A stretch of 64,000 nt of DNA, from the NCBI RefSeq assembly GCF_006345805.1, contig NC_043000.1:89156001-89220000 (forward strand), read 5' to 3'. A program made the position numbers and the translations under genes. Under the pieces are notes generated by a model, which saw only the letters and a list, made by a program, of their open reading frames with translations, was not told where the DNA came from and did not search any database. This stretch comes from Octopus sinensis (taxonomy: Eukaryota). Positions 38,625 to 52,445 of the stretch are shown piece after piece (the stretch's first letter is position 1; every line of letters begins with the position of its first letter).

Positions 38625-39040
38625 TTATTGACTTTCCTTTCTTTTAATTGTTTCGGTCGTTGAAATAGAGCCATGCTGAGGTCCCGCATTGAAGGCTTTC
38701 ATTTGAACGAATCGGCACTAGTACTTAGTTTTAGAGACTAATACTTATCCTATGGATCTCTTTTGCCTTTACCGAACCGCTAAGTTACGGGTATTTAAAG
38801 AAAGCAACAGTAGTTGTTAAGTGGTGGTGGGCAACAAACACCGACACATAAATATATGCACTTATACACCTGCACACTACACATACGTATATGTATATAT
38901 ATGTATATACACATGCGACGCGCTTTCTTGTTTGGTCCGGACTACATTTGAAGACACAGGCCAAAGCTGCAACCCTTGTGAGACACGACCTGGAACTTTT
39001 AGTTGGGAAGCAAGCTACTTACCACACAGCCACACCTGCA
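38625..39040 (-). mobile_element. SINE family A, diverged full-length copy
   Basis: Reverse head ...TTACCACACAGCCAC at ~39020, with the tail region at ~38640-38830. Confidence 0.75.
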
Positions 39041-39593
39041 CCAGTGCTTTTATTTATCTTTTCTTCATATTGCTCATATTTTTCATTTAATTATCTATTC
39101 ACATCTCTTCTGTCACATTTTCAGCTTTCTTTTATAATCTAATCTCAAAAATCCCACTTGTTAACGGCTTTTTGGAGTCGTTTTTATTTTCTGCTGCAGA
39201 TTCGCAATGTTTATCTTTTAAAAATAACGATAAACAATAAACTTAATAAAGGCAAATAATTTTTACAACAGAAACAGAGATAAAACAGGTTATCTCCAAA
39301 ATGAAAAATAATGAAACTAATAACGATAAAAAATTAAGCAGATAAATAATGAAAAGTAGATAAATTACTAAATTCTGAATTAATTGCTTGATTAAACTCT
39401 AGATAGACATATTAATATTTTCTACGCCCACAACATAGTGGTAATAATAATTCTTTTAGCTGTCGGAACACGGCCAGAAACTTAGTGGGCGTGGGAGAGG
39501 ATTAGTCAATTAAATCGAGGGGTACTTATTTTATCGACTATGAAAAAATAAAAGGTATTGTCTGACGTGCTAACGATTCCACCACATTTCCAC

Positions 39594-39633
<40 letters not shown>

Positions 39634-39679
39634 TAATAATAATAATGATAATAATAACAATAACAACAACAACAACAAC

Positions 39680-39737
<58 letters not shown>

Positions 39738-39744
39738 TAATAAC

Positions 39745-41005
39745 GTGTCATAATGGTCCTGAATACTCAGCTGAACTCCCAGAAAAGAGTTGTAGCTATA
39801 AACTCCCTGGCGGTACCAGTTGTCCAGTATAGACTTTATGTCATCAAATGGAATCTGAGTGAAATCTAGCATATGGACATAAAGACCAGGAAACTTCTGA
39901 CACTAAACAGGAGTCCACTACCCAAAATCAGATGTCCACAAGCTCTTCTCCCATAGAGGAAGGCAGTGGAAGCCTAATTCTAGGACACCAAATGTACATC
40001 CAAAGTAACTATGACTGGATGATACAGCAGGAAAAGCAACATGGACATATTAAGAAACTGCACTCAGTCTCAAAGGAAGCATGATGATGATAAGGAGGAC
40101 ACACCATCCACTAGGGAAGCATAAAAGTGTACAACAAAAGCCAATCAGGAAAGCTTGAAGGAAATATCGAGATTGTTGCAAGAAATGCCATTGCATGGAC
40201 AATACCACATTGTTGTCAGTTGCTCAGTCCTTGCCTCTACAGAATATAAAATAGGCAGGATCGAGTTGGCCAATACATGCACTGGAGCGTATGCTGTCAC
40301 TATGATATCCCGCATCTTAAAAACTTGAATGAACATCATCCAGAGTCAGTCACCGAGGGAGAGAATCCTACCATCCCATGGGATTATGAGATACATACAG
40401 GTGGTGGTGGAGGAGGAGGAGGAGGAGGCATGATCAAGTAATAGAGGAATGGCCAAGTTGTAAAAGTTACATACTGGAAGCCTTGCCAGAAATGACAATT
40501 TGAAACCGGAGACATGGTATGAACATCGGGTCGAAAGATTGCTGAAGTCGAAGAAATGTAAGATTTTTGGGGCTTTGCTATTCAAACGGACAAGAAGCTA
40601 GAAAATAATAGACCAGGCATAACAATTGTAGACAAGGAAAAGCGAAGTTACTTAGTAATTAATCCATCATATCCGTTTGATTCCAGGATCATAAAGTAAG
40701 ATGACAAAAAAAAATAATACAATCCATTAAAATTTGAAATTGCAAGAATTTGAAGTATGAAAGCTGTTGTGCCTATGATTGGTGCATTGAGAACTGTAAA
40801 AAAAGACAGAGAAGGACATTAGAATAGAATGTTCTGCAGAGCTTCTACAGAAAGTTTGACCCTTAGAAACAGGAAAGGTTATTAGGAGGATTCTAAGCAT
40901 TTGAAAGACTATTGAAAGCTAGTGGATGCCTAAGATTACAAGTAATAACCTGCTACCACATAAATACTACCAGGCTTAAGAACGAAACTGAGTCAAATCA
41001 TTAAT
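39745..41005 (+). mobile_element. R4/Dong-clade 3' fragment inserted in (AAT)n
   Basis: Reads AINSLAVPVVQY, DIKTRKLLT, WYEH and ENNRPGITIVDK, with an AATAATAATACTAATAAT tail. (AAT)n lies at 39594-39742 on the 5' side. Confidence 0.82.
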
Positions 41006-41019
41006 AATAATACTAATAA

Positions 41020-41177
41020 TCCTTTCTCCTAAAGACACACTGGTACTTAATTTATTAACCCCGAAAGGATGAAAGGCAAAGTTGACTTCGGTGGAATTTG
41101 AACTCAGAACGTAGGGAAGGGCGAAATACCGCTAAGTATTTAGTCCAGCGTGCTAACGATTGTACCAGCTCGCCGCC

Positions 41178-41249
<72 letters not shown>

Positions 41250-41410
41250 TAATAATAATTATAATTATAATAATAATAATAATGATAATAATAACAACAA
41301 CAATAATAATAATGGTTTCGGATTTTTCCACAAGGGCTGCAGTTTTTTGTGGGGGGAGGGTATGTGTCGATTACATCGACCCCAGTCTACGACTGGTGCT
41401 TAATTTATCG
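41020..41410. mobile_element. Two SINE family B fragments (41020-41178 -, 41325-41410 +) around (AAT)n
   Basis: Homology to family B. Confidence 0.78.
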
Positions 41411-41414
41411 GCCT

Positions 41415-41963
41415 GCCCTCATGCAGTACCAGACACTGGCTCTCGCGGCTTTTGATCTGAACTGATTGAAAGTATTATCATGTAAATTGTTTTGTCTTTG
41501 TATAAAAGATGGGCTACAGCAAATACTCTGCTCAGTACCACAGATTTGCTTGTCTGTTGTTTGACCTTAACCAGTTGAACATGTCCTTAGTAGCTGACGA
41601 TATGTAATTATCTGATCACGAGCAGAAGTATTACGAGAGCATCATAGCCATGAGTTGAGAGAAATTTTGGGGTGGTTGTAATAATTCACCTCTGGCCGGA
41701 AACATCCTTAAACAACCCTTATTCAGGGACCTTTTAAGCGGTATGAGCTACTCAACCTGAAGAAAATTCTAACTGGGCTCCACCTGGAAGGTCATGCGCT
41801 GTTTTTTTTTATATAAGATCACCATATCGCGCATATATGGTTGTGATGCATGTGACTGGTGTGCCCTTGTCTGACGGGTGATCATGATGGGTATACCGGG
41901 CTTCGTATATTTTATCTCAGTGTCCCTTTGATCACATGCCCTGCTCTCTCACTCAATAAAAAA

Positions 41964-42021
<58 letters not shown>

Positions 42022-42621
42022 TAATAATGATAATAATGATTATGATGATAATAATAATAATAATAATAGCCCTGATGCAGTACCAGGCAGTGGCTCTCAT
42101 GGCTTCTGATCTTAACTGATTGGAAGTGTTATCATGTACATTGTTTTGTCTTGGTATAAAAGATGGGCTACAGCAAATATTCTGCTCAATACCACAGATT
42201 TGTTTGTCAGTTGTTTGACCTTAACCAGTTGAGCATGTCCCTTAGTGGCTGACGATATGTGCATCTCTGATCACGAGCAGAAGTAGTGGGGGAGCATCAT
42301 AGCCATGTGTTGAGAGGGATTCTTTGGGGTTTGAATAGTTCACCTCTGGAAACATGGGTGGTTCTTTCAACATCCTTAAACAACCCTTATTCAGGGACCG
42401 TTTGAGCGGGATGGGCTACTCAACTTGAAGAAAATTCTAACTGGCCCCACCTGCAAGGTCATGTGCTGTTTATCTTGATATGAGATCACCATGTCGCGCA
42501 CATATGGTTGTGATGCATGTGCCTGGTGTACCTTTATCAGACGGGTAGTCATGATGGGTATATTGGGATTCGTATATTTTACCCCAGTGTCACTTTGATG
42601 GCATGCACTGCTCTCTCACTC

Positions 42622-42673
<52 letters not shown>

Positions 42674-42778
42674 TGCGCTGATTCAGTACCCAGGCAGTGG
42701 CTCTCATGGCTTTTGATCTTAACCGATTGGAATTGTTATCATGTACATGCTTTGTCATGGTATAAAAGGTGAACTACT
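41415..42778 (+). mobile_element. Head-to-tail array of the ~550-bp element (41415-41955, 42069-42622, partial 42675-42778) separated by (AAT)n
   Basis: Each copy starts GCCCT(G/C)ATGCAGTACC or similar. The full copies end CTGCTCTCTCACTCA-(AAT)n. Confidence 0.92.
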
Positions 42779-42799
42779 ACAAAAATTCACACCACCCCA

Positions 42800-45700
42800 C
42801 CACAAAAACTGCAAGAAATGATGCAATAGAAAGTCGCTTGAAACTATCAGATATCGAAAAATAATGGTGGTGAGGACGATGGTAAAGAACGTTACCTTAC
42901 CTCAGTTTATGAGAGCAGGAGTTTCCGAAGAACTCAGGTTGTAAAAGCCAAAATGAAGCTGGACCATTAAGGGAAGGCCTCTCGCTCATCGGTGGTTCAG
43001 TAAAGATGCAGACTGACCACAGCTGTTATCCTAATACAGCATCAGCAGATAATAGAGGAAGTAGGAGGAAGTGGACCAGCGAAGAAAACAGGATAGAGAT
43101 ACAAGTGCTACTTATAAAAGTGAACCTAAAAGAAACGGATGTTAACACTTAGGGTAGAGAAGGGTATGTTTAAAGTGACTGAGTAGAGATTAGGTGATCA
43201 AGCTAATGCTATTAGGAGAAGAAAGTGGATGATAGAATTAGAGGAACAAGGGATCATAAGAGAACTAGAACAGAAAGACCAAGCAGTAGGAAAGACAAAC
43301 AACAACATAAGAGATACGGCTCAAACCAAAGAAGAATCTAAAGGAAAATAATAATAGCGCTACCACTAAGGAGGGGACAACTGGCACCCACAATATAAGT
43401 GATTTACGTGAGGAAGATCAGAAGATTTTAGATGAGCTGCAGGAAGTAATGAGTAAATAAGTAAGAAAAGGATTGCCAGCATTAAAAGGCACCAACAGAA
43501 GGAACTCTTGGACATTACTAGGAAAGTAGATTCTGTTATCAGTAGGATAGATACAAAAAATATAGAAGACACTAACTTATGCAGGAGGGGTAGTAGTCAC
43601 TAGAAGAGCAGATATTTCACAGGACAAGATTAAAAAAGAGCAAACGTAGAAAAGGAGACTACAAAATAAGTGAAGACTTTAAGACAAGATCTGAGTAAAA
43701 TAGAAACCTTGAAATAGAACACGTTAGGAAACATAACATGCAAATCTTCCCTCGAGAAAAGATATTTAGTCAAGAGAAAGGATTTGGGAAGTAATAGAAG
43801 AGTTGAAACAGCGTATCATAGCAGTAGTAAGCAAGCTCTCCCGATATTAGAAAAGAATATATCACTATCGACAGAATAGATTATTTGAGACAGGTGAGAT
43901 GAGATTTTATTACCAAATAAATAGTGGAGAACGAAGTACTGAAGATGAGAAATCTAATGCAGAAGAAGCTAGAAAGTTATGGAGTAATGTTTGGGATAAG
44001 TCAGTCAATCATAATGGAGATGCTGTGTGGTTAAAGAAAGTGTGGGAAGAAGTAGTGAGTGAGAAGCAGCCAGATTTAAGATTAACTAGTGCATTAATGA
44101 GTAAAGTGTTAGGAAAAATGCCGAATTGGAAGGGCCCAGGACCAGATTTAATTCAAGCGTACTGGCTAAAGAAATTTAGTAGTTTACATTAGAGGCTGAG
44201 GGAACAACTTCAGGATTGCTTTAATGGAGGAATAATACCAAATTGGATGATTAGAGGGAGGACAATATTCATCATGAAAGATAAGAGTAAGGGTAGTATA
44301 ACTAGCAACTATAGACCCATCACCTGCTTACCATTAGTGTGGAATGCTTTCAGAAAGAATTTATGAGCACCTTGACAACCAAGCATTACTGCCAGAAGAA
44401 CAGAAAGGTTGCAGGAAGAAGGATAGAGGAACCTATGGTCTATCATACATAGACAAAGCAGTTCTAATGAAGGAAAAGCTAGAAAGGAAAATCTAACAAT
44501 ATCATGGGTAGATTATAGGAAAGCCTATTACATGATCCCACTTTCATGGATAAGTAAATGTTTGAGTATATTCAGTATAGCAGACAACATAAGAGAATTA
44601 ATTAGCTGTAGCATGAAGAAATGGAAAGTAGATGTCTACTCAGATTACACACTCTTAGGTAAAGTTAATATCAAAAGAGGAACTTTCCAGGGAGACTCTT
44701 TGTTTCCTTTAATATTTGTCTTCATGTTTGATCCCCTAAGTTTAATATTAAGGAGGGCAAAGGCAGGATATAAGTTCAGAAATAATAAGGGAAAAATTAA
44801 CTATTGATTCTACATGGATGTACTGAAGATTTTTAGTAAGAATAAAAAAGAAATAGCTTCCTTAATACAGACTGTAAGACTCTTCAGCAAAGATATAGGC
44901 ATAGAATTTGGCATTGATAGTGTGCAATATTAGTCATGAGAAGGGGACAGGTAGTCAGCACCGACGGCATCCAATTACCAGATGGCCAGACATTTAAATC
45001 ATTGAAAGGAGGAGAGAGTTACAAGTATATATGAGTATTAAAACTGACAGAGTACTAACTACAGAAATGAAAACGAAAATTGAGTAGATAATTGAGTACA
45101 TCAGAAAATTGAGGAAGATAATGAAGTCAAAGCTAAATGCTCCAAATATAGTGAAGGGTGTAAATACTGGGACAGTATCCATTGTAGAATGGATAAAAAC
45201 TGAATTAGCAATGCTAGCCAGCGAACAAGGAAGGAATTTAATATGAATGGAGGACTCCACCAAAGGGGGGGAAGGAGTAGCAAGATTATACCTAGCTAGA
45301 AAGGATGGTGGAAGAGGGTCACTATCAGTAGAAGATTGCGTGGAGTTAGCTAGAGAAGATATAGACTCCTATGTAGGTGATAGAGAAGAAAGTTTATTAA
45401 AAGCTGCTAGAGTCACAGAAAGACATAGGAAAACCAAAAACCCAAACAAGTAAAAAGCCAGAGAAAAGAACAAAAAGTACCTGACTGGCAGGAGAAAGCA
45501 TTTCATGGTAGATTCCCAAAGATAGTTTCATCAAATAGTAGTAGTGAGATATGGTTATGGCTGCGGAAAGGAAAGCTAAAGAGGGAGACAGAAAGTTTGT
45601 TAGTAGCTGTGCAAAATCAAGCATTAAGGACTAATTGGATACAAGCCAAGATAGACAAAAAACAAGCAGATTTCCTTTGTGGAATATGCAAATCAACAGA

Positions 45701-46310
45701 GGAAAGCATTATTCATATAGTAAGTGAATGTAGCATGCTGGGACAGAAAGAATACATGAAAAGACATGACAAACTAAGGAGAGCAATCCACTGGGAGCTA
45801 TGTAGAAAGCTAGGATTTGAACATTCTGATAAATGGTATGAACATGAACCTAGTAGAGTACTAGAAAGTAAGAAATACAAGATGTGGGACTTTAACATTC
45901 AGACTAATAGAGTAATAGAAGCTAGAAGGCCTGATTTAGTAGTAGTAGATAATGAGAATAGAAAGTGACAGGTAATTGACTTTACAGTCCCAAATGATGA
46001 AAACATTAATAAGAGCAGTATAGAAAAAATAGCAAAGTACCAGGACCTAGATATTGAATTACAGAGATTATGAAAAGTGTGGGTAAAATGTATCCCAGTA
46101 GTTATAGGTGCATTGGGAAATATCCCTAAAAATCTAAACAGATGGAAAGAGGAAACAGGCATAAAACCTAATTTAGTACAACTGCAGAAAAAATGCTATT
46201 AGGGACAGCTAGGATACTTAGAAGGGTTTTTGGCATCTAAGGTTACTTGCTGTAACCCAATAGAAAGGCTCTTAGCATCTAAGGGTACTTGTAGCCCGAT
46301 GATAGAATTT
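42800..46310 (+). mobile_element. Near full-length R4/Dong-clade RLE retrotransposon, inactivated
   Basis: N-terminal RRKWTSEEN...EPKRNG...RLGDQANAIRRRKW, then KMPNWKGPGPDLIQAYWLKKF, RGTFQGDSLFP, FYMDV, RLYLARKDGGRG, the CCHC knuckle CGIC...HIVSEC, RLE RRPDLVVVD, and a stop at 46238-46240. Confidence 0.92.
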
Positions 46311-46389
46311 TTTTCATTTCCAAAAGTCCAACCTGTTGGGTGTTTATGAATGAGGAGGAGAAGAAGAAGAAGAAGAAGAAGAAGAAGAA

Positions 46390-46570
46390 GAAATATAAGA
46401 TGTGAGATTTTAACAACCAAATTGACACTGTAATAGAAGCTAGAAGGCCTAATTTAGTTGTAGTAGTCAAAGAGAATAGAAATTCCAGGTAACTGGCTTT
46501 ACAGTCTCAAATGATAAGAAAGCCAATATGAGAGGTATAGAGAATATAACGAAGTGCTAGGACCTAGCCA
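46390..46570 (+). mobile_element. Additional R4/Dong RLE-region fragment after (AAG)n
   Basis: Diverged homolog of 45875-46070. Confidence 0.75.
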
Positions 46571-47458
46571 TTGAGTTACTGATGCTATATACCTCTTTTA
46601 ATGTCACATTCGACTGGATGTCGGATGACAGTTTGTAATATAATAAAAGAACAACTTTCATAACACTTGAAGAAATATATTTAGTAGTATACATAACAGT
46701 TTCAGGAATACACATACCAAACTATATCGTTTCCCGTGCAAAGAGAAAAGAAAGAATATATTGAGCGTCTGTCATGTACACCTGAGAAAATATTAGTTTC
46801 CATTTCTGTTGTCTCACTCAGACATGATTTGTGGAACATTAAGAATACATAAGAAGTAATTCTATGTAACGGTATGTACAATAAATTGTTCAACTGATGC
46901 TTCATATCTTGGAAGATTTACGAGTTTTTCTTGAAAAGAGACTCATAAATACCAAAAAGATTGTATTAATCAAATTGGTTTAGCAAGCTTGTGCTTCTTT
47001 TGGGTGATTTCAACCTCCATAACTTCAAATAGCCCGCCGGCACATTTTCTCAAAAATGTTGCTGCAGGAACAAAGAGGCAGAATTTATATTAATATTCGC
47101 TAAAATGCTGCTCGTGAAAGAAATAATATTTTACACAACCAGAGGCAAAAATATTTTCCGTCACTTCATTCCAAAACATCATGAAACACATCCATAAAAT
47201 AAATGAAACTCATAAATTTTCTCTGACAATAACCTATAGAATTGAAAATGTACAGTTCAAGAAAATCTATAGTAAGAGCTATGTATGTATTACAGAGCAC
47301 TCAGTCTCTGTCTAGCGTGAATTTTCAGAAACCCACAGGAAAGAAAACTTCAAATAAAATTGGTCGCAAAACCTTTCTTTGTAAGTCAATGACATAGATA
47401 TGAAGCTATTATTATAGAAATTGTTTCTGATAAAGACACAAGCCCTGAAATTTGCAGC

Positions 47459-47459
<1 letters not shown>

Positions 47460-47518
<59 letters not shown>

Positions 47519-47580
47519 TATTGTGTGTGTGTGTGTGTGTGTGGTGTGTGTGTGTTTATGTGTGTGTGTGTGTGTGTGGA
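47460..47580. repeat. (GT)n microsatellite
   Basis: Direct inspection. Confidence 0.97.
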
Positions 47581-49041
47581 AGGGGGCAGTAAATTGTATC
47601 AACTCCAGTATTTGACTAATACTTTATTTAATCATACCGAAAGGATGACGGACCGAGTTTACCTCACCAAGATCTGAACTCCTGCAAAATTTATGCATTA
47701 AACTTATGCATTTAATTTTTCTTGAAGAGAAAGGCGAGCATTCACAAAAATATATTACCTGGAGATGGACAAATTGTGACAAGAAAAGAACAAGGATCTT
47801 AAATCATTTAAATGAAGAAATCGTGACCATCGAAAATCCCACTGACAATTGACATACTTTCAACTTCCGAATGTGTGTGCGCGCGTGTGTGTGTACATAC
47901 ACACACACAGGGATAATGTCTAAGAAGTGTTTACCTGGACAGTGTTTTAAATTTCACATTATTTGCGAATTGCACACACACACATGTGTAATTACACACA
48001 AATCCTTAAGTGTGCGTGATCGCGCATCCCTCACTCACTCCCTGCACACACTTTTCTTACTAAATAATCTATTAAAGTTCGTCTGCACTTTTCGATTTCT
48101 CATCAAAATCTCCTTTATCAACAACAGCAAATATCATTGAAAAGATACCGATATACTTTTATAGTTTTGCACTCGTTTGTTCGTTGCAGATTTTCTTTTA
48201 GACGTTTTATCTACTCGATATCAGCTTTCACCAATTTTACCGAATATCTGTAGTAAGAGAAGGACAGAAGAAAAAAATGAAGCATTGAAGAAGTATTTCT
48301 CTGGCTACTTCTTATCGGCAAGTATTTTCATTCTTCAGTTGTCGCATATCTAAACTAAAGAAGTATATAGCTACGAGCAAGTACGAGTCTCAAAGTTTAA
48401 TTCCAGGACAGCATCAAGTCTAATCTAATCTCAGCTAATTCAAAACTCATCTGTCAGCTGATGGGTTGTGTTTTTCAATGACTATTAATAAGTTCCATAC
48501 ATATATCAAGATATCTTCCAATTTTTATATACATAATACTTGAAAATAAAAGAATTGCTTGCAGAAATGTACGCCATGCTGTCATCTCTTTGAGCTTGTG
48601 ATAAGGAGAGAAGAACCGTTATTATTTGAAATGGTCAAAAATGGTAGATATAGACTTAACCAGCTGCAGAGGCACGTTGACTAATTGCATGACACTTTTC
48701 AGTTTCGTACTTTCGTATTCCTCGGGGAAGTCTCGATGCTAATAACTTTGTATATACTACTTGAGATTTGCATCTAACCATTGATCGTGTGCTCCTCCAA
48801 TATGTATTTGTAAATATTGTTAGACAAAGAATAATGAAGGATGAGAAGAAGAAGAAGAAGAGAAGAAGAAGAAGAAGAAGAAGAAGAAGAAGAAGAAGAA
48901 AAAGAAAAAGAAGAAGAAGAAGAAGAGGAGGTGGTGGTGGAGAATGAGAAGGAGAGGAAATAGAGAAGATTGCATCACCCTGTGTCCTTTATCAAGACAT
49001 TTGCAGGCAGATTAACATTCTATTAATAAAGTAATTGTGCA

Positions 49042-49078
<37 letters not shown>

Positions 49079-49143
49079 TACATACATACATACAAACATA
49101 CATACATATATATATATAATATATAATATAATATATATATGTG

Positions 49144-49351
49144 AAATATTATATAATTGTATACATAATTATAATCAGGGGTAAGCTAAGTGCCTCGTTA
49201 CGTACTAAATTAGAAATAGATGCTAATGTCTTTTCAGCTACCATACAAATCTGGTAGTTGAAAATATATTAGCGTCTATTTCTAATTCCGTACGTGGCGA
49301 GGCACATATCTGAACCCTAATTATAATTATGTATATAATTATAGAATATTT
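49144..49351. repeat. Inverted repeat, arms ~100 bp, 8-nt loop
   Basis: ...ATTAGAAATAGATGCTAAT...TTTTCAGCTACCA-TACAAATC-TGGTAGTTGAAAA...ATTAGCGTCTATTTCTAAT... Confidence 0.88.
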
Positions 49352-49456
49352 TGTATAATTTACCTAAAAAAAGGTTTTTTTTAACGTACTGACTAGTTGG
49401 TAAAATTATTAATTAATTAATTAATTTTACCTTATATTATTATATATATATGTGTA

Positions 49457-49671
49457 CGAGGGACTGCTGAAAAGTTCCTGATTTTAATGGTATCTTGAAA
49501 GGCCTTACCAAAGGCTTAACGCACTGAGTTGTTTTACAGGGCGTAGAAAAACTGTAGGAGAGCTGCAATGAGCTTGTGAATCTGAGGCGGGGGAATATGT
49601 TGAATAAAATAACAATTAACTAACCCTCTGTATTTTCTTTTACTGAAATAAGAAACTTTTCAGCACTGTCT

Positions 49672-49675
<4 letters not shown>
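49457..49675 (+). mobile_element. Mariner-derived MITE
   Basis: TA-flanked TIRs CGAGGGACTGCTGAAAAGTTCCT and AGAAACTTTTCAGCACTGTCTCACA. The interior keeps the transposase C-terminus ...QGVEKL*ESCNELVNLR.EYVE*. Confidence 0.8.
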
Positions 49676-49679
<4 letters not shown>

Positions 49680-49716
<37 letters not shown>

Positions 49717-49885
49717 ATATATATATTATATATATATATATACATAATATATGTATGTGCGTGTGTCTGTATGCATATGATATATATATATAATATATAC
49801 ATACATATATATATATACAGACACATACATATATATGTATATACACACACATAAATATACACATACATATACATACATATATATA

Positions 49886-49978
<93 letters not shown>

Positions 49979-50020
49979 TATATATATAATTATATATATA
50001 TATATTATATATATGTATAT
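49680..50020. repeat. (TA)/(CA) compound microsatellite
   Basis: Direct inspection. Confidence 0.95.
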
Positions 50021-50023
50021 ATA

Positions 50024-50241
50024 TGAGAGAACTTAAGGAAGGTAAAAGCTCATCGATTCTGTACCAACACGCCGAACAGGAACACGGGGGATCAATCAAC
50101 AACATAGAAATTAAAATATTGTCCACACGTAGAACAGATGCAACAATCAGACAAATTACAGAAGCTACACACATAATAGAAAAGAAACCTAGCCTGAGTA
50201 GGAAACTAGAATGGAACACTAGCACACACCACAACATATGA
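50024..50241 (+). mobile_element. Penelope-like GIY-YIG endonuclease C-terminal fragment
   Basis: [55 protein letters not shown] fits the PLE pattern S...H...H...KIL......R.I.EA..I....P.LN. Confidence 0.75.
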
Positions 50242-50814
50242 CGGTAGAGGATCCCGAAAACATAATAAATACACAGATAAATAAACAAATAGAAATAAAT
50301 AACTATATAAGTTTTTTGGTTTTTTAAAAATTTTTATCATTATTACTAGTATCGTTGTTATACATACATACATACAAGCATATGTAATGATAATAATAAG
50401 TGGATGTAAACACATGAACAAAATAAGAATAAACAAAAACAACAACAACAAAAACAAATTACATGAACGTGTATAAACAGAAGATACAAAATATTACAGG
50501 CATCCCCCCCATACACTAAATAAACATAGACGCACATAGAGATATAAGCATGCGCAAATGAAGACATACAATAGAAATAAAAAATGGCTGACGGTTAGTA
50601 AAGAGAGATACAAATAAGAAAGAAGAAAACAAAGGACCACTGATGCGGTCACAGGAGTGTGATGAAAGAACTATGCCCGAAATAAGATTAAGATTAATGT
50701 AAAAAATAAATAACACTGAAGCAAAATAACACCAAATATATAGTGCGTGTGTTTTTATTGGCTAAACTGGCAAAATGACCATTCCGAAAATAACAATATA
50801 TATATATATATATA

Positions 50815-50870
<56 letters not shown>

Positions 50871-51230
50871 ATTTATATGTATATATTATATATATATATT
50901 TATGTATATATATATATTATATATATATTTATATTATATTTATATTTGTGTGTGTGTGTGTGTGTGTGCGTTTTCATAAAAATTGGAGACAAACACCATT
51001 CCTCCATGTGATTGGCTTCAAAAATTGTAATGTTATACTATATTTTTCTAACATGAAACCAATGGTAGCCTCAATACAATACGCAAATAGAGAAATTTTA
51101 TCCACCAATGTGGTGGTGAGTACTCATTCCGTTGTTCAACACCTACGTGTATATTATATAATATATATATATAATATATATATATATAATATATATATAT
51201 ATATACATGTATATATACATATATATATAA

Positions 51231-51264
<34 letters not shown>

Positions 51265-51265
<1 letters not shown>

Positions 51266-51588
51266 GGAGCACTCCGTCGGTTACGACGACGAGGGTCCCA
51301 GCTGATACAATCAACGGAACAGCTTGCTCGTGAAATTAACGTGCAAGTGACTGAGGAATCTACAGGCACGTGTACCCCAAACGTAGTTCCCAGGAGATTC
51401 AGCGTGACACAGATTATCACAAGGCTGGCCCTTTGAAATGCAGGTGCAGCTCATTTTTGCCAGATGAGTGGACTGGAGCAACGTGAAATAAATTGTCTTG
51501 CCCAAGGACACAACGTGTCGCCGGGAATTGAAATCACGACCTTACAATCGTGAGCTGAATGCCCCAACCACTAAGCCACGCGCCTTCA
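51265..51588 (-). mobile_element. SINE family C
   Basis: Reverse complement of 32597-32920. Confidence 0.9.
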
Positions 51589-51589
51589 T

Positions 51590-51708
51590 ACATATATGTA
51601 TACATATATGTGTGTGTGTATGTATATATATGTACACACACACACATATATATATATGTATGTATATATATATGTATATATATATACATATATATATATA
51701 TGTATATA

Positions 51709-51790
<82 letters not shown>

Positions 51791-52120
51791 TAGATAGATA
51801 GATAGAGAGAGATAGATATCAATAATACACTGATGTAATAACAGATTGTTTATATAGATATATATATAGACATATGTAAATATATATATATAAACGTCTG
51901 TTCACATTTATATAAATGTTTGTATGTATATATGTATATACATAAATGTACATAAATATATGCATATATGTGTGTATGCATGTATGTTATATAATGTATA
52001 TACATAAATGTACATTCATATACATATATATATTTTATTATATATGTATATAGTATTATGTATGTATGTATGTAACTATTTATCTATCCATATCTAACTA
52101 GCATTTATCTATCTCGTATT

Positions 52121-52159
<39 letters not shown>

Positions 52160-52445
52160 ATATATATATATATATTATATATATTATAATATATACATAT
52201 ATGTATTATATATATATATATATTCATATATCTATATATATCATCGCGTTCAGAGTTATTATTGCATAAGATATATATATATTATATATATATATATAAT
52301 ATATATACACACACACATACATGTATGCAAGTATACACACATACATGCATACATACATACATACATACATACATACATACATACATACATACATACATAC
52401 ATACATGCATGCATGCATACATACATACATATACACATACATGAG
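51590..52445. repeat. Compound (TA)n/(GATA)n/(CATA)n microsatellite block
   Basis: Direct inspection. Confidence 0.95.

Noticed and set aside
42069-42140. Possible HDV-like ribozyme at the 5' end of the 550-bp element
   Set aside because: Only a simple short hairpin is evident; the nested P1/P2/P3 order could not be built.
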